Of a DNA stretch of 35,759 nucleotides, positions 1 through 7,034 are shown piece after piece. The translations under genes and the position numbers were made by a program. The stretch's first letter is position 1, and each line of letters opens with the position of its first letter. Source of the DNA: a virus (lineage: Duplodnaviria > Caudoviricetes); IMG/VR virus record IMGVR_UViG_3300042988_000102, positions 1-35,759 of that record, one strand, 5' to 3'. Under the pieces are notes generated by a model. That model made no database searches and was not told where the DNA came from. It saw nothing but the letters and a program-made list of their open reading frames with translations.

Positions 1-119
1 CTCTTGCTTGGCTAGTGCTTCTTCTAGGGCTTTGATGGCTTTGCCCATGCGCTCAACATGATGAAACGGAAGCCCGCCGTTCCAAACTCCTTTGCACGCC
101 TCAAGCGCCTGTTTCATTG
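1..119. repeat. Terminal 119-bp direct repeat (assembly overlap of a circular contig)
   Basis: 1-119 is identical to 35641-35759. The last ORF continues in frame across the junction. Confidence 0.95.
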
Positions 120-121
120 CT

Positions 122-502
122 TCAATGATCATGATTCTTTTCCTTTAACTTTTCTTCAGCCCAACGCGCACCTTGCTTGAACGAATAGTGATAAGCGCCA
201 CAAACCATGTGATGATCTGTTTTTCTTATTTCTTCAGCATCCAAGCCAATCCATGAACGCTGTGCTAATTTGTTTTTCAATCTAGCAATCTCAGTTTTCA
301 ATTCGCACTCTTTTCCCATATCCTCATGTGGATTACTTCGTTCACATCCAGATGACAATGCTTCACGCAATCTAGCAATAGCAGCCCTAGCGTCTTGCAT
401 AGCAAAGTGATCGTGTTTGATAGCAAAAAATCTACATTCAGTTTGAGCAACCAATTCCTTTAAAGCAGCCATTGCTATTTGCATAGTTTCTTTGTCATTC
501 AT
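122..502 (-). CDS. Hypothetical phage protein
   Basis: Likely start MNDKETMQ at 502, in an ATGA overlap with the upstream stop. The C-terminus AEEKLKEKN resembles small phage accessory proteins. Confidence 0.7.
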   Translation of the reverse strand: MNDKETMQIAMAALKELVAQTECRFFAIKHDHFAMQDARAAIARLREALSSGCERSNPHEDMGKECELKTEIARLKNKLAQRSWIGLDAEEIRKTDHHMVCGAYHYSFKQGARWAEEKLKEKNHDH

Positions 503-606
503 AGCGGAGCCTCTGGCAGTTGTTGACGTTGCTGTTGTGCGTATTCTTTTACTTGCTTGGCAGTCCAAGGCACTGGTGGATGTTGTGGGAAAGGCCAATT
601 ACTCAT
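499..606 (-). CDS. Small hypothetical protein (MSNWPFPQHPPVPW...EAPL, 35 aa)
   Basis: ATG at 606. It overlaps both neighbours in the tight operon style. Confidence 0.55.
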   Translation of the reverse strand: MSNWPFPQHPPVPWTAKQVKEYAQQQRQQLPEAPL

Positions 607-784
607 AGTCGTCATCCCTGTACTGTTTTGGATAACCGCCAGTTCCTTTGCACTTGTAGCAACGTGAACCGTCATACATTCCCTCACCAGAGCCGTTGCA
701 AGCTGGACAGATGTAATCATCATCGTCTTCAATGTCCAACGCTTCATCAAAGTCATCTTCTGTCATGTCTTTAAGGCTTTTCAT
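599..784 (-). CDS. Small acidic protein with a DnaJ-type zinc finger (two CxxCxGxG)
   Basis: CPACNGSG and CYKCKGTG motifs, with an ATGA overlap. Confidence 0.75.
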   Translation of the reverse strand: MKSLKDMTEDDFDEALDIEDDDDYICPACNGSGEGMYDGSRCYKCKGTGGYPKQYRDDDYE

Positions 785-984
785 GATTTCACCTCAGCGT
801 CAACAATGCGAATCAAAGCAGCAATCATGTCTTTTGCTTGGTCTTTGGTCAGCGTTACATGGCAACGCGCAGCTTCTACGACCATGCTGATCCATACCTC
901 ATCACCGTGTGCGTCAACATTGATGTGTCGGCGCTTGCGTGTTGTTTCAATTCTTGTATCGAGTTCCATTTCATAGCCTTTCAT
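781..984 (-). CDS. Hypothetical protein
   Basis: 67-aa ORF with ATGA overlaps at both ends. Confidence 0.7.
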   Translation of the reverse strand: MKGYEMELDTRIETTRKRRHINVDAHGDEVWISMVVEAARCHVTLTKDQAKDMIAALIRIVDAEVKS

Positions 985-1154
985 TTACGTTCATTTACTC
1001 GTTCTCTTACCGCTTCAACCAACCCAACCCACAACCCTGACGGGTCGTTTTCAAGTTCCTGCGCTCTTTGTTTCGCGTAAGCAATCCAGCCCTTCTGTAA
1101 AGCCATCTTTGTCAGATGCTCCACTTGTTGCTCGAATACTTGGTTGAAATCCAT
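981..1154 (-). CDS. Hypothetical protein (MDFNQVFEQQVEHLTKMALQKGW..., 57 aa; not in the ORF track)
   Basis: Translated by hand. Its stop overlaps the ATG of 781-984. Confidence 0.55.
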   Translation of the reverse strand: MDFNQVFEQQVEHLTKMALQKGWIAYAKQRAQELENDPSGLWVGLVEAVRERVNERK

Positions 1155-1257
1155 CTAGGTCGCCTGTTAACTCAAGTGCTTTGTTGATTGTGTCTAGATT
1201 ATAAGACAGATTATCTTTGATTCCATCAAGAATTTGCATTGCCTGAAAAAAATTCAT
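1051..1257 (-). CDS. Hypothetical protein
   Basis: ATGA overlap with the PAPS-reductase-like gene. Confidence 0.6.
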   Translation of the reverse strand: MNFFQAMQILDGIKDNLSYNLDTINKALELTGDLDGFQPSIRATSGASDKDGFTEGLDCLRETKSAGT

Positions 1258-1994
1258 TTGTATTCCGATTCAGCCATGTGACAAAAAATAGAACATTCAA
1301 TGTTTTGCTCGGTTGGGTAGTCGCCTGCATCTGGCGGCAGTTCGTCAAGGTAAACCCGTTCACCCTTTGACTTTGTAATGCTTGCGCCAATGACACGCTC
1401 AAGTTTTGCCATGCGTTCAAAGTGTTGCGGAAAATCCACACGAATCTTGTTCCAGTAACCAGCTCCACCTTTCACACATCCTATGCAATTGTTGTTGTGA
1501 TAGCCAAGGCGATACATCTCAGGCAGTTCAATGTTGGCGTTTTGAATCATTGCCAGACAGTCTTCTTTTGACAACCCTTTGTCAATCAGCGGTGTCAAAA
1601 TATCCACATCATTGTTTGCATCAATGAAACGGTCTAGGCGGTGCTGTTCTTCAGCCGTGTAGCCAAATACTTGCCTGTCTGTCAGTTGCTCAAACTTCTG
1701 GCGTACCTCTTTTTTAAGAAACTTCGTGCATGGAGCGCCAGCAATTCCTACGATGTAACGATTTTTCTCAAAGACGTTAAAAATACTGCCTTGATACTTT
1801 TCGTTTCGCAGAATCTGAATTTCCTGCCCAAACCAAGCCTCACATTCTTTCAAAAATCGCTTGTTGTCTGGGTGTTCTTCTGCCACCTCGGTGTAGGCAA
1901 TGATTAAAGGTAATTTGCCTGCATTTTCAGCAATGGCAAGTTTTGTAGCGACTGCGCTTGCGGCTCCGCAGCTAAACCAGCATACGATTCTCAT
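1254..1994 (-). CDS. PAPS reductase-like / adenine nucleotide alpha-hydrolase (PP-loop) family protein
   Basis: N-terminal WFSCGAAS loop, EHPDN, APCT-x2-LK, YRLGYHNNNCIGCVKG and C-terminal ECSIFC. Confidence 0.75.
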   Translation of the reverse strand: MRIVCWFSCGAASAVATKLAIAENAGKLPLIIAYTEVAEEHPDNKRFLKECEAWFGQEIQILRNEKYQGSIFNVFEKNRYIVGIAGAPCTKFLKKEVRQKFEQLTDRQVFGYTAEEQHRLDRFIDANNDVDILTPLIDKGLSKEDCLAMIQNANIELPEMYRLGYHNNNCIGCVKGGAGYWNKIRVDFPQHFERMAKLERVIGASITKSKGERVYLDELPPDAGDYPTEQNIECSIFCHMAESEYK

Positions 1995-2716
1995 ACTTTG
2001 CCTTTCAAAAGTTCAGCCATCTTTGCTCGGATGTTTTCAGGAATTGGCGCAGCTTTCTTTGCGTCTTCCTCAATCTTGCGTAGCGCAGCGTCTTGGTTTG
2101 GTGGTGTTGGCGTTGTAACGTGAGCCACATCGTATTTGTTAACAAAGGCTTGTTTTTCGTGAATCTCAAAAACATCCTGCCAGTTGCTTGTAATTGACTT
2201 TTCAAGCACAGCCTGAATGTTCTGCCCATTTGCACGAAAACGATCAAGTTTTTTAATCAACAGTTCAACAGCATGGTCAGTCGGTACGCGCTTCATTTTC
2301 TTTCGCATAGCCAAAAACGCTTGCCAAGTTTCCAAAGGCATCCAATCTGGCAAAACAATAGCGGTAGTGCTCTTTGTCTCTTTCTTTGTCTCTGTCTCTC
2401 TCTCTGTCTCTAGACTATCATCTTGATATTGCTCTGATATCAAGTCGATATCATCTTGTTCCAGCCAATGAGACAGCTTGTTTAAGCAATCAATAGTTTG
2501 CTTTTCTGTCATTCTTAAGCGAAATGCAAGAGTTTTTGAGTTTGGCAAGCGACCATCATCTTCGCTAGCAATCAACCAGCACATGACTAGCACTTTGCTT
2601 GCAAGTGGGTCTAGTTCGTACCATTCCATGTCATCAAGAACGTCACGATACAACTTAACCCAAGGTGGTTTCCTGTCTTTAAAGTGTTGAAACTTTGTCC
2701 AGTTCTTAATTTTCAT
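1991..2716 (-). CDS. Phage replication initiator protein (O-like)
   Basis: IKNWTKFQHFKDRKPPWVKL N-terminus, an HTH-like segment, an ETERETET linker and an LPDWMP..W..F..MRK C-terminal domain. Position downstream of cro fits. Confidence 0.75.
   Translation of the reverse strand: MKIKNWTKFQHFKDRKPPWVKLYRDVLDDMEWYELDPLASKVLVMCWLIASEDDGRLPNSKTLAFRLRMTEKQTIDCLNKLSHWLEQDDIDLISEQYQDDSLETERETETKKETKSTTAIVLPDWMPLETWQAFLAMRKKMKRVPTDHAVELLIKKLDRFRANGQNIQAVLEKSITSNWQDVFEIHEKQAFVNKYDVAHVTTPTPPNQDAALRKIEEDAKKAAPIPENIRAKMAELLKGKV
2370..2460. other. Putative replication origin inside the initiator gene
   Basis: TATCATCTTG at 2416-2425 and 2449-2458, GATATC palindromes at 2436 and 2447, and an adjacent pyrimidine-rich TCTC/TGTC tract at 2370-2410. 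Confidence 0.45.
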
Positions 2717-3345
2717 GCTGCACCGACTTTCTTGCGATTGTTTGCTACTGGCTTTGTTAAAGCCTCATTGATTGACATTCCATTGTTTAATCTATGTCGC
2801 AAACAACTAACGCCAATGTTGTATTTGTCAGCAGCTTCTGCAATCGTCATTTTTTCTCCAAATGGCTCAACAATCACATTTACATTTCTGTTGTTCATTT
2901 GTTGCTTGTGTGTCGCCCATCGGCAGTTTTCTTTGTAATAGCCTTTAGTTCCATCAATCCTATCAAGCGTCATCCATTCAGGTCTTTCTCCCATGTCTTC
3001 AACAAAATTTTCAAACGAATTCCATCGTTCGCAAACAGTAATGCCATTCAACACATAGGATTCATGCCCACCTTTTCCTTGGCATCTTTGGTGCATGGAG
3101 TGCCATGATTTGTATGTTCTAGTTTTAGCCATCCCATGTTTTGTTTTTTTCTGTGATCGTATTTTTGAACCAACACATCCACAACTAACAGAAACGCCTT
3201 TGGTTAAAGAACTTGCAATGACTGGTCTTTCTGTTCCACAAATACAACGGCAAAGCCATCTAGTGTGTGATTTTTCTCTGTCATAAAAAGAAATAGCAGT
3301 CCAGTAACCGTATTTCTTTCCTGTTCTATCCAAAATTCCAACCAT
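2713..3345 (-). CDS. HNH-type homing endonuclease-like protein
   Basis: WLCRCICG..SCGC, KHGM..TRTYKSW..M.QRC, TLDRID...Y..ENCRWAT..QQ.NNR. ATG at 3345 follows GGGGAG. Confidence 0.85.
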   Translation of the reverse strand: MVGILDRTGKKYGYWTAISFYDREKSHTRWLCRCICGTERPVIASSLTKGVSVSCGCVGSKIRSQKKTKHGMAKTRTYKSWHSMHQRCQGKGGHESYVLNGITVCERWNSFENFVEDMGERPEWMTLDRIDGTKGYYKENCRWATHKQQMNNRNVNVIVEPFGEKMTIAEAADKYNIGVSCLRHRLNNGMSINEALTKPVANNRKKVGAA

Positions 3346-3347
3346 AT

Positions 3348-3465
3348 TTGCTCCCCAGCAAAAAAAAAGCCCACAGGGACAGTCTCGGCTTGCGCCGTGG
3401 GGAGACACCGCTAGTACGGTGCAGACTGCCCTTGTGGGCTTACTAGAAACATTGCTCCCCAGCAA
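3348..3465 (-). repeat. 14-bp direct repeat flanking the antisense RNA (target sites)
   Basis: TTGCTCCCCAGCAA at 3348-3361 and 3452-3465. On the - strand it contains TGGGGAG, complementary to the RNA linker CUCCCCA. Confidence 0.85.
3360..3441 (-). ncRNA. C4-like (P1 C4 / P4 CI type) antisense RNA ending in an intrinsic-terminator-like U tract
   Basis: Long closing stem (3367-3385 with 3423-3441), hairpin GCACCG-UACUAG-CGGUGU, linker CUCCCCA, hairpin CGGC-GCAA-GCCG, then U9. Complementary targets lie on both sides. Confidence 0.75.
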
Positions 3466-3480
3466 CGGTGTAACTATACA

Positions 3481-3789
3481 CTAAATTTCTTTGTAAAAAA
3501 TCCCATCTTTTCCAAGAGTTCCTCGCCTATCCTTAATTTGGTCGTAGGCATGGGCTAGACAATCTGTGAAATTTACATCCATCAATGCACAAATGTTAAG
3601 CAAAACAACAGTGCAATCCCCGATAGCATCAACAGCTTCATCATGGTTTTTAGCAATCAAAGCATCAAGAAGTTCGTTGACTTCCTCTTGTAGCTTGATT
3701 AGTTGAGCTTCTGGTGTGCTGTTAGGAATAATCTTTCTAGCTTCCGACCAACGGATAACAGCCATTTCAAGTTCAGCAAATGTACTCAT
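3481..3789 (-). CDS. MazG-like NTP pyrophosphohydrolase
   Basis: QLIKLQEEVNEL..DAIGD..V.L..CL..AY..IKDRRG. Start MSTFAELE at 3789. Confidence 0.85.
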   Translation of the reverse strand: MSTFAELEMAVIRWSEARKIIPNSTPEAQLIKLQEEVNELLDALIAKNHDEAVDAIGDCTVVLLNICALMDVNFTDCLAHAYDQIKDRRGTLGKDGIFYKEI

Positions 3790-3941
3790 TAGAAGCAGCT
3801 CGTTGTGCATTGTTGACCGTTACCAAAACAAGTGGTCGTGCAAGTAACCATCTTGCCGTTCATCATGTAGGTGTTGGTATACATCTGAGCGTTTGCGCTG
3901 ATTGCAAGCGTAGCCAAGATGATTGCGATTGCTTTTTTCAT
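3789..3941 (-). CDS. Small secreted Cys-rich peptide (50 aa; not in the ORF track)
   Basis: MKKAIAIILATLAISANA|QMYTNTYMMNGKMVTCTTTCFGNGQQCTTSCF. Coupled to cro (ATGA) and mazG (TAATG). Confidence 0.75.
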   Translation of the reverse strand: MKKAIAIILATLAISANAQMYTNTYMMNGKMVTCTTTCFGNGQQCTTSCF

Positions 3942-4108
3942 TTTTTACCTTTCAGTAGTTCAGGGAAAAGAAGTTTGATTTGCCAGATGCGTGATTGTGG
4001 AATTTTGTTGTTCTCCTTCCACAGCCACACAGCCCCACGGCTTACGCCAAGAAGCCTTGCAAGCTCACTCTGTGAGCCAGCACGATTGATAAGATTATTG
4101 ATGTCCAT
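3938..4108 (-). CDS. Cro-like HTH repressor
   Basis: AGSQSELARLLGVSRGAVWLW HTH. First gene of the leftward operon, starting MDINNL at 4108. Confidence 0.8.
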   Translation of the reverse strand: MDINNLINRAGSQSELARLLGVSRGAVWLWKENNKIPQSRIWQIKLLFPELLKGKK

Positions 4109-4114
4109 TTCGTT

Positions 4115-4143
4115 AGTGTATAGAAAAATTGACATAAATACAA
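4115..4143 (-). promoter_or_regulatory. Leftward sigma70-type promoter for the cro operon
   Basis: TTGTAT (4143-4138), 17-nt spacer, TACACT (4120-4115). It ends 7 nt before the ATG, which suggests a leaderless transcript. Confidence 0.6.
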
Positions 4144-4194
4144 CACATCTAAAAATATTTTTGCTTTGTTGGATTTTGTCTAGAAAACTTGATA
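4117..4194. promoter_or_regulatory. Two 18-bp imperfect palindromic operators
   Basis: TGTATAGAAAAATTGACA (4117-4134) and TGTCTAGAAAACTTGATA (4177-4194) are 15/18 identical. Each overlaps one of the divergent promoters. Confidence 0.6.
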
Positions 4195-4198
4195 TAGT
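4169..4198 (+). promoter_or_regulatory. Rightward promoter (extended -10)
   Basis: TG-A-TATAGT at 4190-4198 and TTGGAT at 4169-4174. Confidence 0.55.
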
Positions 4199-4243
4199 TC
4201 AGTCATCCCGTAGCGCAACGCAAGCGGTAATTTAGGAAACATT

Positions 4244-4444
4244 ATGAAAATCAACGACACCACACGCATCTACCCACGCACGATGCAAGAAGCCTTTCCA
4301 AACACAGTAGAAGCTATTGAATCCCGTACCCGTTGGGAATGGCTTGAAGGCCATGTAGACAGCATTGCTGACCAAGCTGAATTCTGGGTCTATATGGCTT
4401 GTGCTTTTGCAGCAGGCTTTGTTACTAACATTCTTTGGGGTTAA
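4244..4444 (+). CDS. Hypothetical protein with a C-terminal TM segment
   Basis: AGGA RBS, YPRTMQEAF motif and a hydrophobic C-terminus. Confidence 0.7.
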   Translation: MKINDTTRIYPRTMQEAFPNTVEAIESRTRWEWLEGHVDSIADQAEFWVYMACAFAAGFVTNILWG

Positions 4445-4446
4445 AC

Positions 4447-5001
4447 ATGAAAAACATCGCATCAGCTTTGGTCAAAGCACAAAAAGCCTTTGGCCCTGCA
4501 CTAAAAACTTCTACCAATCCGCACTTTCGCTCAAAGTATGCTGACCTTTCAGCTTGCGTTGAAGCTGTGATTGACGCTCTTAACAACAACGGTATTTTCC
4601 TGTTGCAAAAGAATTACGACTGCGCCGATGGAATCATGTGCGAAACAGTCTTTGTCCACGAATCAGGCGAGATGCTGGAATGTGGCATTGTTCATTTTCC
4701 TGCTGTCAAGAAAGACCCGCAGGGTTACGCTTCTGCGCTGACATACGCCAGACGTTACAGCTTGATGGCGGCTTGCGGAATTGCACCAGAGGATGATGAT
4801 GGCAACTCAGCCGCACGACAAGCAAAGACTGTGGTTGATTCAAACTTGATGGCTGACCACATTACAGCAATCCAAGACGCAACTGACGAAGCAACGCTCA
4901 AAGCCGCTTACCAAGCTGCTTACAAAGCCTGCGGCACAGATGCTAACTGGCAGAAAAAGATTATTGCGGTCAAAGATGAAAAGAAAGCGAGTCTGAAATG
5001 A
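4447..5001 (+). CDS. erf: ERF-family ssDNA-annealing recombinase
   Basis: NPHFRSKYADL, HESGE, PQGYASALTYARRYSL..GIAPEDDDGN. Confidence 0.9.
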   Translation: MKNIASALVKAQKAFGPALKTSTNPHFRSKYADLSACVEAVIDALNNNGIFLLQKNYDCADGIMCETVFVHESGEMLECGIVHFPAVKKDPQGYASALTYARRYSLMAACGIAPEDDDGNSAARQAKTVVDSNLMADHITAIQDATDEATLKAAYQAAYKACGTDANWQKKIIAVKDEKKASLK

Positions 5002-5339
5002 ATACCATCACAATCACTGTTCCTGGCGAAGAATTAGAAAATCTCAACATTGAGCTTACTTCCGAAGAAGTTGCTGCGCTTTACAAGCTACGCAAAGATC
5101 AAGCTACAAAGGTTACAGAGCTGGAAAAAAAGCTCGCAGACAAAGAGCAAACTCTTAAGTGGACATCAGAAGCTCGAACAATTGCTGAAAATGAATTGTC
5201 TCAAGCGCATACATTGCTTACTGCATTAGGTGTTTCTGAGAAAACCAATGAAGAAGAAGGTTACAACAGAAAAATGCTAACAGTAACTACACGAATTGCG
5301 CTTTACATTGCTCAAGTAAAAGGTAAAAACAATGATTGA
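4998..5339 (+). CDS. Hypothetical coiled-coil protein
   Basis: 113-aa ORF overlapping erf and the exonuclease gene. Confidence 0.7.
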   Translation: MNTITITVPGEELENLNIELTSEEVAALYKLRKDQATKVTELEKKLADKEQTLKWTSEARTIAENELSQAHTLLTALGVSEKTNEEEGYNRKMLTVTTRIALYIAQVKGKNND

Positions 5340-5967
5340 ACAAGGCTCACCAGAATGGTTTGCACAACGCCTTGGCAAAGTAACTGCCAGCCGTGTTGCT
5401 GACGTTATCGCCAAGACCAAAACAGGTTACAGCACCAGCCGTGACAACTATATGGCTCAGTTGGTTTGTGAGCGTATGACCAACACCGTAGCCGAATCCT
5501 ATTCAAACTCAGCTATGCAATGGGGTACTGAAACAGAACCATTGGCTAGGGCAGCATACGAAGCCCATGCAGACGTTTTAGTGGATGAAGTTGCCATGAT
5601 TACACATCCAACGATTGAAGCGGCTGGTGCTTCTCCTGACGGGCTTGTGGGCGATGTTGGTCAGCTTGAGATTAAGTGTCCTAACACGGCAACGCACATT
5701 GACACTTTGTTGAGCCAAACAGTGCCAGGCAAGTACAACACACAGATGCAATGGCAGATGGCTTGCACTGGTCGTGAATGGTGTGACTTTGTGTCGTTTG
5801 ACCCACGGTTGCCAACAGAACTTCAATTGTTTGTTAAGCGCGTACCCCGTGACGATGCTTACATTGCAATGCTTGAAGAAGAAGTCAAAAAGTTCCTCAC
5901 AGAGCTGGATGGCAAAATTATGAAACTCAACGAACTGAAAGCAAATCATGGAATTTCCAAAACATGA
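5332..5967 (+). CDS. YqaJ / lambda-exonuclease family nuclease
   Basis: QGSPEWFAQRLGKVTAS, MQWGTETEP.AR, ASPDGLV, EIKCP, QMQWQM, CDFVSFDPR. Confidence 0.92.
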   Translation: MIEQGSPEWFAQRLGKVTASRVADVIAKTKTGYSTSRDNYMAQLVCERMTNTVAESYSNSAMQWGTETEPLARAAYEAHADVLVDEVAMITHPTIEAAGASPDGLVGDVGQLEIKCPNTATHIDTLLSQTVPGKYNTQMQWQMACTGREWCDFVSFDPRLPTELQLFVKRVPRDDAYIAMLEEEVKKFLTELDGKIMKLNELKANHGISKT

Positions 5968-6214
5968 AGCTGGTTTGTCTCTTGAACACAATGAGCATAA
6001 AAACTATTACATAAGTGTTGAACAGCACATTCTTGATCTTGATTTGCAAGATGCGTTTTTATCTAAAGATGAAATGCAAGAAGCAATTGATACAGATAGC
6101 TTATGGGTTTTGCATTGGTATCCTGATACACCAGTTGGATTTTGCAGAATTGCAGCACCAACACTTGAAAAAATTTTTAACCACTTGAAAGAAAAAAATG
6201 GCAGTAATCTATGA
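5948..6214 (+). CDS. Hypothetical protein
   Basis: 88-aa ORF in the operon, containing WYPDTPVGF. Confidence 0.7.
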   Translation: MEFPKHEAGLSLEHNEHKNYYISVEQHILDLDLQDAFLSKDEMQEAIDTDSLWVLHWYPDTPVGFCRIAAPTLEKIFNHLKEKNGSNL

Positions 6215-6437
6215 AGTAACAGTCAAGGCTGGCACATACCAAAAAGACGGACAAGAGAAGGTTCGTTATCAACGTATCGGCTCTGTGATTGAGACAAAGA
6301 AAGGATTGATGCTTAAATTGGACTCAATTCCACTTGTTGAGAATGGCTGGCAAGGGTGGGCATATTGTTTCTCACCTAAAGACGATGCGCCAAAACAACA
6401 ATCTAAGTCAACAGATTTTGATGATGTGGATTTCTGA
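6198..6437 (+). CDS. Putative small ssDNA-binding protein
   Basis: Beta-rich core and an SSB-like acidic tail DFDDVDF, downstream of the recombination genes. Confidence 0.6.
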   Translation: MAVIYEVTVKAGTYQKDGQEKVRYQRIGSVIETKKGLMLKLDSIPLVENGWQGWAYCFSPKDDAPKQQSKSTDFDDVDF

Positions 6438-6531
6438 TCTACAATGATTTTTAGCTAACTCGACGGAGGACAAGGGGGATTGAACCTCCCCCCTGCTAAC
6501 TTTAAACAGGTTCACGCATGAAAGGTTCATC
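6418..6531 (+). promoter_or_regulatory. Promoter plus structured leader of the HNH-AP2 gene
   Basis: TTGATG-N16-TACAAT (6418-6445), hairpin GGGGGA-TTGAACC-TCCCCC, and two AGGTTCA copies (6508, 6523) complementary to TGAACCT. Confidence 0.6.
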
Positions 6532-7026
6532 ATGATTACGCAGCAGCGTTTAAAAGAGTTGTTTGACTACAACCCTGAAATTGGAATTTTCATCAACAAG
6601 GTAAGACGTGGAAAATGTCACGCTGGCACACAAGCTGGATACCTTAACAAAGATGGATACTTCAGAATCAACATTAACAATAAGCTATATCTTGCTCATA
6701 GGCTTGCTTGGCTTTATGTTTATGGCGATCTTCCTCAGTACATTGACCATATAAACAGAATTCCAACAGACAACAGAATTTGTAATCTAAGACCTATTAC
6801 AAAAAAACAAAATCAAGAAAACAGAGAAAAACAAGTAAACAACAAATCTGGTTACAAAGGTGTTAGTTGGGATACGCAAAGAAAAAAATGGTTTGTTTGC
6901 ATTAACAACAATTACAAAACAGTTGGATTAGGCAGGTATGACAATCTTGAAGATGCTCATCGTGCTTATTGCGAAGGTGCAAAGAAATATCACACACACA
7001 ACCCAGAGTCACAACAAATTGCATAG
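6532..7026 (+). CDS. HNH endonuclease with a C-terminal AP2-like DNA-binding domain
   Basis: AHRLAWLY, IDHIN..TDNRICNLR, NNKSGYKGVSW..KW..LGRY...EDAH.AY. Confidence 0.9.
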   Translation: MITQQRLKELFDYNPEIGIFINKVRRGKCHAGTQAGYLNKDGYFRININNKLYLAHRLAWLYVYGDLPQYIDHINRIPTDNRICNLRPITKKQNQENREKQVNNKSGYKGVSWDTQRKKWFVCINNNYKTVGLGRYDNLEDAHRAYCEGAKKYHTHNPESQQIA

Positions 7027-7034
7027 GAAACGAT

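Noticed and set aside
1-119. Terminal repeat as a biological DTR
   Set aside because: It falls in the middle of a gene and its length is typical of an assembler k-mer overlap, so circularisation explains it better.
3360-3441. tRNA gene
   Set aside because: There are only two internal hairpins, no TTC T-loop and no anticodon arm. It fits a C4-like RNA better.
4205-4230. GCG-CAA-CGC mini hairpin as a nut/boxB site
   Set aside because: The stem is too short, and I see no boxA or N-like gene.
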